Source: Octopus sinensis (lineage: Eukaryota). Taken from it: a stretch of DNA of 64,000 nt. A program made the translations under genes and the position numbers. This document shows, piece by piece, positions 25,325-39,053 of this stretch. The DNA is taken from positions 29,016,001 through 29,080,000 of the forward strand of contig NC_043017.1 of assembly GCF_006345805.1 (NCBI RefSeq). The letters are read 5' to 3'. The notes beneath the pieces were generated by a model that was given only the letters and a program-made list of their open reading frames with translations, ran no database searches and had not been told where the DNA came from. Each line of letters begins with the position of its first letter. Position 1 is the first letter of the stretch.

Positions 25325-25744
25325 GGATCTTTTCGGTTTGAACGGCAGTTTTTTCTAGCGGTTTCATATGACATTGTCACCCATAATTATGACCCTTGAA
25401 TCGATCTATTGCATTTCAATCTCTTTTAGGGTTAGGGTTAGGGTTCGGGTTGGATGTGGGAGAAGGGTACCTTTTTTTCTTCACAAATGTAAATAAACCC
25501 GATCTGTTTTTTAAACGAGGGACATATTCATACGACACAGAATGCTTTTGAACTCAATAGACGTCACTGGTTGGTTGAAATTGCATAAATTGAAGAAAAA
25601 AAACAACAAATATCTTACAAACTATAGAATTTTCTCAATAAAGCCAAGAGAAAAAGATGTTTTATAAACACATTCTACCAGTATAAATTTTTTTAGTTAC
25701 CTAAAAATTATATTTAAAAACTGCCGTTCAAACCGAAAAGATCC
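25325..25744 (+). mobile_element. MITE family M
   Basis: Perfect TIR pair. TSD aaatgaat / aaattaat. Internal (TTAGGG)-like tract. Confidence 0.85.
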
Positions 25745-25974
25745 AAATTAATAGTTAAGCCAATGTACACTATACTGTGTCAATTCTCAGAATGTCAAAT
25801 CTATTTCTTACAAAGTGCAAAATTTCCGTTTGAAAGACAAGTCGTTTCACATCCTCCTATGATGTTGTTGCTGGAAATAGCAATAAAAACTAATTGCTGA
25901 GACTAGCTTACCAAAGGAAGCTCCAAACTTCAACAAAAGCCTGTTGTATTATCTTAAGTTGAGGATATGTTTTC

Positions 25975-26635
25975 TAACTAGAAAGGTTATGGCCTGGTCA
26001 GCCTGTAATGACATGCATAAGATCTGGTCATCAAATCTAAGTAGAGACTTCAAACTTGAAATCTTCAAAGCCATAGTCGAACCAATTCTACTATATGGCT
26101 CAGAAACCTGGACGTTATCAAAGAAGCTTGAGAGGCGGTTGGATGGAACCTACACTCGCCTCCTTATGAGAGCTCAAAATCTCTCGTGGAAGCGCCATCC
26201 AACCAAAATGCAAATATATGGGAAACTACCACCTGTGTCATCTCTTGTGAAAGGTAGGAGAGTCCAGTTTGCTGGACATTGTTGTAGAGCTGAAAACGAG
26301 GTAATTTCTACTCTTCTCCTCTGGAAGCCATCTACTCGCAATACCAGAGGGCACACACTCTCCTACCCTGATGTAATCTTCAAGGATACAGGCATCCAGC
26401 AACAGGACCTCCGTAATGCCATGATGGACCGTGAAGTCTGGCGTAGCATGGTAAATTCCATTGTCTCGACCACGGTTACGATACCAGAGGGCGCACACTC
26501 TCCTACCCTGATGTAATCTCCAGGAATACAGGCATCCAGCAACAGGACCTCCGTAATGCCATGATGGACCGTGAAGTCTGGCGTAGCATGGTAAATTCCA
26601 TTGTCTCGACCACGGTCGAACAATGATAATGATGA
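25975..26635 (+). mobile_element. RTE-clade LINE 3' end with a 140-bp terminal tandem duplication
   Basis: AWSACNDMHKIW...IVEPILLYGSETWTL...RRVQFAGHC...MMDREVWR. Duplicated units 26341-26476 and 26481-26616, then a short (gat)-type tail. Confidence 0.85.
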
Positions 26636-27879
26636 TTATCTTAAACAGTAATTAATTTTGCAAATGTCACCTATGCCAGCATATTCCAAATCCATCTCGC
26701 TCTGTAACCATGTGTTACCTTACACAGTATAAGAAAATCCGCACGTTTGTATATGTTATTAAATACTAATAGACTAAGTCACAACTTAAAAGAAAAAAGA
26801 TTCAACTCTGGTGAAACTGGGTTTGAACTCAGACGTTGAATTAATTGGTAAATCTGTTCCGAAAGTTTAACACCAATCTTCTCTTTATTGCTCTGCACAC
26901 CCTCCTCACATTTAATCATCTATCAAAAGATTTTTTTTTAAAGAACACGTAATTATTTTCTGTTTAATTTATTCTAGTGCTGACTTGATTTTGATGCTTC
27001 TTATGTTCTTTGGTGTGTGGTGGGCATAGAAAGAGAGGGGAAAGACAACATTTTAAAATTCATTTTCCTTGACGCTGAAAGCAATGTTATTCTATTTAGG
27101 GTAGTAGGATGGTGTCGGAAAAACCAAGTAATTAAAATTTTCAAAGCAAGATGGCATTTGAGTTTGTCTTACAAAGCAGAGTGGCAAATGTAAAGAAAAA
27201 AAAAAAAGATCGGTTTTAAAAAAACCGAGTGGAAATCATAATAATAATAATAAAACAAGATAAATAAAGAATAACACTTTTTAAATGGGAAAATAAATGA
27301 TTGATATGATTGATACATATTCTTAAATATATTTAAAATATGATATAAGAGATAATAAAGGAATAATAAATAAATAATTATACAGAGAGAAAAAAATGAA
27401 ATTACATTTTAAATAGTTCTTCAATATAAATAATTCATATAACAATTATTTTTCATCTTGTCACGAGTAAGATGTAATTAAGAAATGTTTTATTATTTGT
27501 TTTATGAATTTTTTAAATGTTTTTATGTGTTTAATATTCTTTCAATTTTGGTGATGTTTTTCAAGTGAAATTGATAGCGCGATGAGGAAGTCAAAATAAC
27601 TAGCATCAAATGAAATAGAAAACAAAATAAAACAAAATAAAACCTATTAATATCAAGTTATTGCCTTGTTTTAGTGTTTGTGTTTTAATTATTAACGTTA
27701 AATTTACAACGCAGTGGTGTGGCAGTAATCGAAAAGGGTGATGTTAATACTCTAGTGAAATTTAGATTTAATTCTCTACGTATTGAGTTCAAATTTTGAA
27801 TTTCATCCCCATGGCTTCATTATCGATCGATTCAGTCGACCATAACCTTTCCAAAGAAAGTAATTGCTATTCGCTAATG

Positions 27880-28050
27880 AAACATCGTGATGGCGCGTGA
27901 CCCAGTGGTTAGGGTTTTGCACTCGAGATAAGATCGCGTTTTGCATTACCTGACCACGCAGTAATTTCTATTCATGAGAAAAACACTTAATTGCATCATT
28001 TCATGTTACCCCAGTCCACTCAGCTATAAATGGATTCCAGTAGCAGCAAG
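27880..28050 (+). mobile_element. Old tRNA-derived SINE with a CORE-like segment
   Basis: ggcgcgtgacccagtggttaggg head and ccagtccactcagctataaatgg segment. Confidence 0.5.
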
Positions 28051-28454
28051 AAAGTATATTCTGTGACAGACCGGCATTTTGTTGGCGGGGGTGGTAAATG
28101 TGAAAGCTTGAAAACTTGGTTTAACATCAAACCATGAAAACTTGGTTGAACATCAACCGTATCAGATGCAGTATTCCTCATATACTTGAGTAATTTAAAA
28201 ATGATTAATAACATTCTAATGAAGACAGTAGACTGCCACATTCATTAGAGCATCTCTGCAGTGACTTGAAGTAGTTTTTCTCCGGTATTTTATATTTTGC
28301 AGTTCAAATCCTACTGAGATATACTTTAAATTTTATCCATCTGTAGTCGATAGGGTACCGGTCAGTTGCATGAATCATTAGTAGGGAATCTCCTTCTCTT
28401 CAAATTATAAATACGCAGTTTAAATTAGGAACAATTAACATAATTATAATGTGA

Positions 28455-28890
28455 AAGTGGCGAGCAGGCACAATTGGTAGCACGCCGGACAAAATGCTTT
28501 GTGACATGTCACCCGCCATTACGTTCTACCTTCGAATTCCGCCGAGGTAGACTTTACCATTCATCCTTTCCAGGCTTGATAAAATAAGTACTGCTTTAGC
28601 AATGGGATCGCTGTAATCGAATTAAACCTTCCCTGAAATTGCTGCGCTTGCGCCAAAATTTAAGTCCAACGTAATTATAACGTGAAGGCAGCGATCTAAC
28701 GGAATCGCTGTCACGCCGGACAAAATGCTTTTCGACATTTTGTCCCTCTTCACGTTCTGACTTCAAATTCTGCGGAAGTAGACTCATCCATTCAGCATTT
28801 ATGTGCTTGATCAAATAAGTACAAGTTGAGTACTGGGATCTTTGCAATCGACTTCAACATAATTACTGGTCATGTGTCAGAATTTGAAAT
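28455..28890 (+). mobile_element. Two diverged SINE family B copies
   Basis: Heads at ~28456 and ~28686. Confidence 0.7.
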
Positions 28891-28989
28891 TAATATTACT
28901 ACAATGTATGTAATACAAACACCCAAGCCTATTTCTCATTTTTAGGAGGGGGTGGCCACTAGACACACATCAGGCATTCCCTTCAATTC

Positions 28990-29810
28990 CCAGCGAGGAT
29001 GTGGGATATAGAGTGATGGAGTGGGGTAAGAAACTTGGAGTTTTGAAAGTTATGCTGAGAGATAAAAGGTTGAGTATGAAAGAAAAAACAGGTGTGTATG
29101 AGGGCGTGATTGTAGCGACAATATTATATGGTGCAGAGACTTGGGGCGTTGAGAGGAGAGGAAAGGAGGCAACTAGATGTGTTTGAGCTAAATGCTTGAG
29201 AGCAATGGTTGGTGTGACACGGATGGACAGGATGGGGAATGAGGACGGGCGAAGGCAATCAGGAATGAGAGAAAAACTAACATCCAAAATGGATATGCGA
29301 TAGCTGAGGTGGTTTGGTCACAAGGAGAGGAAGGATGAGGAGCAGATGGTAAGGAGGGTGATGAAGGCAAAAGTGGCAGGCAGCAGAACCAGAGGCAGAT
29401 TTCGGTTTGTGTTGATGGATGGAGTGAGGAAAACTTTGGTGGTTAGATGTGTCGGAGTGAGAGAGACAAGAGAGTTTATAAATGATATGAAAGCTTGGAT
29501 TGTGTTGTTGGACGGTTGAGTGAATTTGATGTCGCTGAAAGGAGTACAGAACCAGCATGATGCAGCGGGGGTAAGCCAACAAATAGTGTCGGGCCCCGCT
29601 ATTGATATTGGGCTAGCATGATGCGGCGGAGGTAAGCCAACATATAGTGTCGGGCCCCGCTATTGAAATTGGGCTAGCATGATGCGGCGGAGGTAAGCCA
29701 ACATATAGTGTCGGGCCCCGCTATTGATATTGGGGGTTGCGTTCTATGCCTTGACCCGAGCATAGGACGGGGCTCACTTCTTTGAGCTGGGGAAATGAAA
29801 AACTACAATG
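28990..29810 (+). mobile_element. Second RTE-like LINE 3' remnant (frameshifted) with a 61-bp x3 repeat in the 3' UTR
   Basis: VYEGVIVATILYGAETW.../...RAMVGVTRMDR.../LRWFGH..RK...RTRGRFR. Repeat units start at 29554, 29615 and 29676. Confidence 0.8.
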
Positions 29811-30311
29811 TAACCGCGAGGAAATTGTAGAAACTTTAGAGCAGCAAACGAAATATTTTAGAATTAATTACTTTTCTTTGCGTTCAGAGTTCAAACCACT
29901 TTGCAACCAAACTTAGTTTTCAGCGTTTTGGAGTCGATAAAATGGATTTCTGCTCACTCAATTACTTGCATTGAACTTTGATCAAAAGCAATCATTATTA
30001 ATATGACTGAAGTAGAAAACGTTAGTACCATGAGACTCGAATGTTAGAAACCTGTTTCCTGTTTCAGAACTTTTCATTAAATTTGATACATCTACAGCAG
30101 ATGTATCTCGTGTCCGCTCCAGGAGCATGCATGTGCTGACACCTTTATTTTCCCACAACAGTAAAATTTTATATAGATAATGTAGTACATGCCAGTCGTT
30201 AGGTGTTAGCCATTCACATGAAACGTCAATCATGTTATCCAGACTCTCGACTGTATATTTTCGGGTTCGACCAAAAAGTTAATTGCTATTATAAGCATGT
30301 GCCACACACAC

Positions 30312-30320
30312 ACAAACACA

Positions 30321-30355
<35 letters not shown>

Positions 30356-30923
30356 CAAGCTCACTCATGAATTTGCTGAATATTTGACAAATTATTATTG
30401 GTAGTCTGCCATAAATAATCTTTATTGATTTGCAGGCTACACCTCAAGAGAATTGTCAAGAAAACGTATAGTCTGCAACAGGTCTCTTATATATTCTGCA
30501 AGTCTTTTTATTAACTATTAACTGATCAAGATAACTGGAATTCCTAAACATGTGAGTTGTAACTAGTATCTGAAATATTTGATGTTCTTCGATTTGTTAA
30601 TGATAAGTGAACGAGAAATACATCCTGCCTTATTTATTAAAAGTAAAATTATCAGATACCTAAGATTAACTCTCGCTATTCTGGCAAATTGATGCGAGTA
30701 AAAAGTAAAGGAATTGTCTTACTCTCTTTACTCTTTTACTTGTTTCAGTCATTTGACTGCGGCCATGCTGGAGCACCGCCTTTAGTCGAGCAAATCGACC
30801 CCGGGACTTATTCTTTGTAAGCCCAGTACTTATTCTATCGGTCTCTTTTGCCGAACCGCTAAGTGACGGGGACTTAAACACACCAGCATCGGTTGTCAAG
30901 CAATGCTAGGGGGACAAACACAG

Positions 30924-30955
<32 letters not shown>

Positions 30956-31530
30956 CAAGCTCACTCATGAATTTGCTGAATATTTGACAAATTATTATTG
31001 GTAGTCTGCCATAAATAATCTTTATTGATTTGCAGGCTACACCTCAAGAGAATTGTCAAGAAAACGTATAGTCTGCAACAGGTCTCTTATATATTCTGCA
31101 AGTCTTTTTATTAACTATTAACTGATCAAGATAACTGGAATTCCTAAACATGTGAGTTGTAACTAGTATCTGAAATATTTGATGTTCTTCGATTTGTTTA
31201 ATGATAAGTGAACGAGAAATACATCCTGCCTTATTTATTAAAAGTAAAATTATCAGATAACCTAAGATTAACTCTCGCTATTCTGGCAAATTGATGCGAG
31301 TAAAAAGTAAAGGAATTGTCTTACTCTCTTTACTCTTTTACTTGTTTCAGTCATTTGACTGCGGCCATGCTGGAGCACCGCCTTTAGTCGAGCAAATCGA
31401 CCCCGGGACTTATTCTTTGTAAGCCCAGTACTTATTCTATCGGTCTCTTTTGCCGAACCGCTAAGTGACGGGGACTTAAACACACCAGCATCGGTTGTCA
31501 AGCAATGCTAGGGGGACAAACACAGACACA
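30312..31530. repeat. Near-identical ~600-bp tandem duplication including the 3' part of a SINE A
   Basis: catagcaagc at 30351 and 30951. The only visible differences are two 1-nt indels and junction variation. Confidence 0.9.
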
Positions 31531-31723
31531 AACATATACACACATACATATACATATATACGACAGGCTTCTTTCAGTTTCCGTCTACCAAATCCACTCA
31601 CAAGGCCTTGGGCGCCCCGGTGCTATAGTAGAAGACACTTGCTAAAGGTGCCACGCAGTGGGACTGAACCCAGAACCATGTGGTTAGTAAACAAGCTACT
31701 TACCACACAGCCACTCCTGCGCC
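31320..31723 (-). mobile_element. SINE family A (its 3' half is duplicated at 30720-30950)
   Basis: Full match. Confidence 0.85.
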
Positions 31724-32151
31724 TATCTAAATGTCTAAATGTAAATGGAACCTGTTTTCGGTATTGTCTTTTATATTTATTGGTTCTCAGCCGGAATTCA
31801 TGCAAAATTTTAGGAGGTTCAACAAAAAAACATAGCAAATTACGGATGCAAAATAATATTTGATGGAACCCTCAAAATATATTGCTTTCGATGTAGGCAT
31901 TGATATTATTGCACGAAACAGGTAGGTTGTTGATTTTCTCGAACATTCTGCATAGATTAACCTACACAAGTTAATATATGTAAAACAAAATAGGAATTTT
32001 GGAAAAACTATTTATGGAACTAGTTTTTAAATGTCAAATAGCTATGGGGATTCACCAGAATAAAATAGTAATCAAAAGGGTCTATAGAGAAAATATAGCT
32101 GATAACCCCCGGTCTAGATGAATGAAGGTTTTACTTGGCTTTCGTCGACCA

Positions 32152-32598
<447 letters not shown>

Positions 32599-33164
32599 TT
32601 TCATAAAATTTGTCATCATTGACAGAACAAAGAGTGTGTGGCTTTGCGGGCTGGAGAAGTACATTACTGAATGAAAATGAAATAGAATGAATAAATGAGA
32701 GACGAAACCCAACACCCGCCGATTGGATTTTTCTCGAAAACATATTTTCTTTTTTTAAAAATCAATATGAGGTTTCAAACCTCTTACAACATATTTTTTT
32801 TTAACACAGAATTCAGTTTATAAACCACTACAAATAATACAATAAGATGAAGTTTCAAACCCTATAACGAGGGTCTTTCATCTCCTACTCTTCGATATAT
32901 CCATCGATATATTCATCATTATATTCAATGCCGCTTGAGTTCCTGTATCCCTCCATTTCCCATGCCTCACTCATGTAGGACATGTAAGTCGTGTAAGGGC
33001 CACCCGGCCGTATGCGACACTCCTACCCAAATCATTTAAGCCTTTCCCAAAAGGGAAACCTTATGACCTCCACAGCTATCTGCGGAGGCCATTCGGTATC
33101 CCGTGTGAAGTGCATATCTACTGTCTCTGCACCTAACTGAATTTATTATGTGAATATATATACC

Positions 33165-33385
33165 TATTTCTTTACTACTCACAAGGGGCTAAACACAGAG
33201 GAAATAAACAAGGACAGACAGACGGATTAAGTGGATTATATCGACACCAGTGCGTAACTGGTACTTAATTTATCGACCCCGAAAGAATGAAAGACAAAGT
33301 CGACCTCGGCGGAATTTGAACTCAGAACGTAGCAGCAGACGAAATACTGCTGAGCATTTCGCCCGGTGTGCTAACGATTCTGCCA
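33165..33385 (-). mobile_element. SINE family B with a 15-bp TSD
   Basis: gtgaatatatatacc at 33150-33164 and 33386-33400. Confidence 0.9.
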
Positions 33386-33535
33386 GTGAATATATATACC
33401 GATAATAAAATATAGACGTATGCTGTCAACATTTATATCTACAGTGGTTATTTCTAAATGCATTCCGCTAATTATTTACTTGGAATTAGAACAGAACCAC
33501 GGGAATAACATAACGACACAAAATGCATTAATATA

Positions 33536-33917
33536 TCTCTCTCTATATAAACGGCAGTTTGTCTGTGCGTTTTCTGTGTGTCTGTTTTCTCGTACCCTCA
33601 CTCTGACCACGGCTTTCAACCGATTCTGATGAAACTTGACACACACATAGCCCAATGTCATAATTCAAAACTAACGCAGCGAAAATTTTGAAAAGTCCCC
33701 CCAGTTCTGAACAAAATCGATAAATTCGACATGGGGTCGAGAATCAGAAACCCAAACCACAGACCGTCTAGGGGAGGCAACTCCACCTTTTTAACTCTAA
33801 AAAAAATTTACCATCATTTTTTTTCCATTTTTTTGCTATTTTTTGGCTATAACTCTCTAAAAATGCTTTATACTTATTTCCCTTACAAACCTGAGCAACG
33901 CCGGGCGATACTGCTAG
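33536..33917 (+). mobile_element. Helitron-like element, family H 3' end with a different 5'/internal part
   Basis: TC start and shared ...gcaacgccgggcgatactgCTAG end. The internal sequence (ccgattctgatgaaacttg) is unrelated to other H copies. Confidence 0.7.
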
Positions 33918-34628
33918 TAATATTCTAAATTTGAAGTCATAGAAATACATTCAATTATATATTGCACTACGAAGCATAGTTCTTCTAATGCAACTAATGA
34001 GAATGTATACAGGAGTGGTGCCAGCGTCAGCTTAGGAAATAACTTAGATTTCCAGCGAATGAAGATGTCTGGTAGTGTAAAATTTTGGAACAACTGTAAG
34101 AGAAAAATAAATTAACGTAATAGCCATGCAATATGATGATGATTATATATATATATTGATTCGGAGCTGAACGTTCTCTCTGGAGATTATAAATCAAAAA
34201 TTGCTTTAGAGAAAAGTAAAATGTGTCAGCTTGTATAAAATGAATTAATATGATCTATAGTAAATTACGTAATTAAATTGAAATCTATTTTTAGGAAAGA
34301 TAGAAAATTATTGAATCAAATAAAATCAGAAAAATTTCAACATTTATCAATATGAAATGTCATATTTTGGAAAAGAATCAATAATTCGAAAATCTGATAC
34401 TACGTCTTCATGATAGAATTGTGAGTGCGACGAACAAAATGCAATGCGACATTTAGCCGCTAATTTCACATCCTATATTCAAATGTTGCCGAGGACATAA
34501 TTACCTCTTACTTTTTTAAGTTATAAAAGTTATAAAATGAGTAGTATTAAAACCTGGGGGTATATAGTAATGACTCTTCCCCCTACTCTCAAATCTATAT
34601 TCATTTTTCTGTAAAAGATGTCAAGATA

Positions 34629-35024
34629 TCTTTATATATAAAAGTGAAGTTTTGTTTCTGTCTCCTACGATTTAGATTTCTAGCTACTCCCACATTTTGC
34701 GGTGCAGTTTAACCAAAAGCGGGTATCTTATAGTTGTGATTCATATCGAGCCCTTCTGGGAATTAGCGCGCGTCTACGATGAGTCTACGATTTTAAAAAA
34801 ATTACCACCATTTTTTTCCATTTTAATGCATTTGTTTCGCTATTATATAAGGGAAGTAACTCTCTAAAAATGTCTACGATGAGTCAACGATTTAAAAAAA
34901 TATGTGCCATCATTTTTTCCCATTTTTAATGCATTTTTTTGCTAATTTTTAACTATAACTCTCTAAAAATGCTTATATAGTTATTTCCCTTACAAACCCG
35001 AGCAACGCCGGGCGATACTGCTAG
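34629..35024 (+). mobile_element. Helitron-like family H
   Basis: A|TC...CTAG|T. Internal duplication of the ctacgatgagtc segment. Confidence 0.8.
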
Positions 35025-35040
35025 TTACTTAATAGACATA

Positions 35041-35236
35041 AGGCGGCGAGATGGCAGAGCCGTTAGTACGTTCGACAATAATTAACGGTATTTTCGTTCG
35101 TCTTCTGCCTGGATCTACTTTGCCTTTCATTCGTTTGGGGTTGATAAAATTAGTACCAGTTGAATACTGGGGTTGATGCCATCGACTTTTCTCCCTACCC
35201 CAAATTTCAAATCTTCTGCCTAAAGTAGGAAGGATT
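35041..35236 (+). mobile_element. SINE family B (diverged)
   Basis: Family match. Confidence 0.7.
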
Positions 35237-35311
35237 ATTTAACAGCCAAATGGCAACCGTTGAACTGAATTATCGACGTTGTTACACTAATAGTTTCATA
35301 AAGGCAATGGG

Positions 35312-35370
<59 letters not shown>

Positions 35371-35552
35371 ATTTCCTGCAGTGCTACTGTCATGTTTCTT
35401 TTCTCGTACTATTATTCTATCTAGAAACAACACCCAACGTTCACTGCTTGAACCACATTTGACGGAACGAAAAAGTACTTCCAGCACGCTCGCTCTTCTG
35501 ACACAGCAGCTGTTGATTCCTATTCACTGTGTTCGTCACAAAATTCCTGATA

Positions 35553-36060
35553 TGAGATCGTATCAAAAGGCTCCAGGACTAGTTATGTTTCATAAAAAAA
35601 AATTATTTATTTACCTCAGTTTTGACATCATCTCCTTCGAAAAAGTCACCTTGCACAGCAATAAACTGGTCCTTGCGTTCCTGCCACTTTCGGTATCCGG
35701 CCTGGATGTAATTTTCCGTAAGTGATTCGATAACCTTCTGCGATATGCTCTGGGCCACGACAACAGTGTTGAAACGGAGAACTTTGAGCTGCATTGTCAT
35801 CTCGGGGAAGCGATGGAAGCCCGCACGTGCTAAATATGGCGAACAGGGTGGGTGCTGAGGCGATATAATGTTGTTTTTGCCGAGAAACTCATGAGTGAGA
35901 AGAGGTCCGTGAAGAAACCAAATTCTCCACGCACCAAAGATCCGGTAGCTTTCGCCGAATGTCCTCCTCAAGACGTGCACAATAACACATGCTCATGGCA
36001 TGATATCCAGATTGGTCGAGGTCTTCCAAAGAGGATATTTCTCTTTTGAAGCATCTATGC
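35553..36060 (-). pseudogene. Mariner transposase C-terminal fossil with terminal inverted repeat
   Basis: ...RLEEDIRRKLPDLW.../...HPPCSPYLARAGF..FP.M...LRF...KWQER...GDFFEGD. TIR ta|tgagatcgtatcaaaaggctccagga at 35551. Confidence 0.85.
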
Positions 36061-36084
36061 CACACGGAACATTACAATGTTCCG

Positions 36085-36485
36085 GGGAGCTGGCAGAGAC
36101 GTTAGCACGCCGGGCGAAATGCGTAACCGTATTTCGTCTGCCGTTACGTTCTGAGTTCAAATTCCACCGAGGTCGACTCTGCCTTTCATCCTTTCGAGGT
36201 CAATAAATTAAGTACCAGTTACACACTGGGGTCGATATAATCGACTTCATCGGTTTGTCCTCTCTGTGTTTAGCCCCTTGTGGGTAGTAAAAAAATAGGT
36301 ATTTCGTCTGCCGTTACGTTCTGAGTTCAAATACCACCGACTTCGACTTTGCCTTTCATCCTTTCGGGGTCGATAAATTAAGTACCATATACGCACTGGG
36401 GTCGATGTAATCGACTTAATCCCTTTTGTTTTCTTGTGTGTCCCTTCTCTGTTTAGCATCCTGTGGGCAATAAATAAATAAATAT
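36085..36485 (+). mobile_element. SINE family B dimer (second unit head-less)
   Basis: Junction aaataggtatttcgtctg at ~36295. Confidence 0.85.
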
Positions 36486-36835
36486 TCCTCGCTTCATCCA
36501 TACATGATGGAATGAAAAACTACTGTCAGCACTTACGCGCTCTTAATCACAATATCCGTTAATTACTTTTGCATGTGTTTCTCACAAAATTCCCGATTTA
36601 AGCTTCAAAGTAACCCTGATTCTAGTGGAGGCTCTTTCAATACAAATGGCTACCTCCACCCAACTAACTGAATAGTGTATGAGTTTTATTGCAAATCTGG
36701 TGCGTCGACAGTGCTAATTCTATAGGTTGCGAATAGGACACAGGTTTATATATAAATAAATGTATACGCGTTTGTGTTGTCGCGCCCGTGATTATATGCT
36801 TCTGTGTCTGTTATGTTTGTGTGTGTGTGTTTGTA

Positions 36836-36872
<37 letters not shown>

Positions 36873-39019
36873 ACATGCGCGTGTGTATTAGTGTGCCTCT
36901 CCGTGTGCGTAAAAATCAATCAATATTGACAACCAGATGTAGCAAAGTTATTATCAATGGCATCACTTCAAAATCTATAGAACTTTCTATCTCTTTTGCA
37001 CTTAACGCTAAGAAGGTGTACATACCCAAGGCAACCGTTCTCACGCTTCTTTCATCAAATATATACTTAACTTTATAATTACAGCTGTGCACCGAAATAG
37101 TATATTAATGAAGTTAGTTTCTTAAATTCTGAGAGGTTAGTGGAAAGTGCGTTTGCGTAGCGTACTCTAATTTTTCGGCGCTCGTTACAGCACTGGCGTC
37201 AGCTTATTAAAACGAACAAATTTAGTGGATGATTAGATAGCATAGTCTTTCAAGTGGATATTGAATATTATTGAAAGCGGTTCTTTTAGCACTGCTTTAA
37301 CAAAATTAACTACTAAAAGACATTTAAAATAGGAAGAAAACCACATCGTCGACTTACAGCGGTAAATTGTCGGAAACGTTATAGTTTGTTCTGTTTTCAT
37401 TAACTGTCTGCGCTCTGAAAGGCCAAAGTTAACCACCATGGTTAACGTTACGTTTCATCTCTTCGTGGTCGATAGATTTAATTAGCAACCCAGTGCGCTG
37501 AATGCTCGGAGCATCTAAAGCATTATATGAGATACTTGTGGAATTCGCTGTGATTTTTGCGTTTTAAGTTCTTTCATTGGTTTTAAATCCCTAAATCATT
37601 AGGATCCTTTAACGACAATCTTTGTTCGGAATAAATTCGGGCCAGGTCTCCGAGTGTAGGAAAAAATTTCTGTTCCTACCAACTGCCTGAGAATTCCTGA
37701 CACAAGGAGTGTCACTGACAATACCCTTCATCCTGTAACTAAGGGATGAAAATATATTTTTAAAAAGTATATTGGCGGGTTTTTCTTCATATATAATCTT
37801 CTTGAATATTACAAACGGAAGCTCAAAATTCATTATTGACAAAAATCTTTAAAAAATATTCTTGCTATTAAAAGCTATATACGGGAGAAGAACGCAAAAC
37901 ATCTAGTCAGGCGATACAAACAAAACAAGGACGGTTTATTCGGAGTTTTCTTTCCTCAGTCGAGTTCCAGATTATCTTTGCAATTTCGAGATTGCTCCAC
38001 TCTAGCAAAGGAAAAACTTAGCTAAGAGCACTAGATTCCTTGGAAGAAAGCAGTGAATATATGCGAAAACAAGGAGAGGAAAAAAAACGAAGAAATGGTA
38101 TACAAATGCAAATATCAGGACATAACAACAGGTGTCTTTCGACTAAGGACGAATTAAATTGAACTGGTTTAAGATAGTATAAACTGTTATTGGTTGTAGT
38201 AACACTATACTATCGATATACATTTTCTTTGTATAATACGTCACACCTACAATAATGGTTGAAATTACACGTGATATAACGCTTTTGATGCGCATGAACC
38301 TTGTTGTAAACAAGAGCGAGATGTAACAACAATACGGCTTTTAAATCTTTCATTGTTTGATTTATAACATGTCAGATTTGACAGAACATAACAACAACAT
38401 GCTAATCATGAGGGTCCCAATTTTTACTTCAAAGCACAGTCCACCTAGGAATACATCATTCAATGCGTCAGACACTAATATTTTCAGTCTGTTACTTCGA
38501 AGCATAGCGGAAGTGAGCTAGATACATTTAAACTTAGTGCGCATGTACAGGAGACGTCAAGGTCAATATGTGCCAAGTGGCTTCACTATGAGTGCTTTAG
38601 CTTTGTTACTATAGCAAGAGTCCGGATACTTATTAATCATACCACGTATATACATACATTTATTTATATAGAAGAACACTTGAGAGGTGTAGTTAATAAC
38701 GAAGTGATACGATATGGGAAAATGTGTTCAGACAAAGTGATTGCATCAAAGAAGAAACGTAATAGCCATTTATTTAGAAACACACGAAGGTTCTTAGGTT
38801 ACACTATTTTAGACATTTCTTGTTTCTTATATAATCTCGCCATTCAATCTCCACGTCGCAGTTCGTACGACGAAAACTTTGACACCTCATAACAAAGAAG
38901 AGATGGTGAAGTGGTGAGGTTAACAGTTACTGTGTTTCGCTATGGTTATTACGTGTCTTACCCGTTGAACTATTCATAAATTCATATTCGTTGAACTATA
39001 CATAAATACATACATGCAA

Positions 39020-39053
<34 letters not shown>

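Noticed and set aside
25370-25470. TTAGGG repeats as a true telomere or a CRISPR-like array
   Set aside because: The tract is short and internal to a MITE with TIRs and TSDs. No CRISPR repeat-spacer structure occurs anywhere in the window.
30030-30110. Relative of the 3108 hammerhead on the minus strand
   Set aside because: The core has decayed beyond recognition, so it is not called as a ribozyme.
33655-33680. ctgatgaaac in the Helitron-like element
   Set aside because: It is part of the ccgatt.tgatgaaa.ttg motif typical of such elements, with no hammerhead stems.
38915-38985. Possible fossil hammerhead (minus: atagt-TCAACGG-...-GAAA-CACAG-TA-actgt)
   Set aside because: Only the 3' half fits. 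The core differs at four positions and stem II is unpaired.
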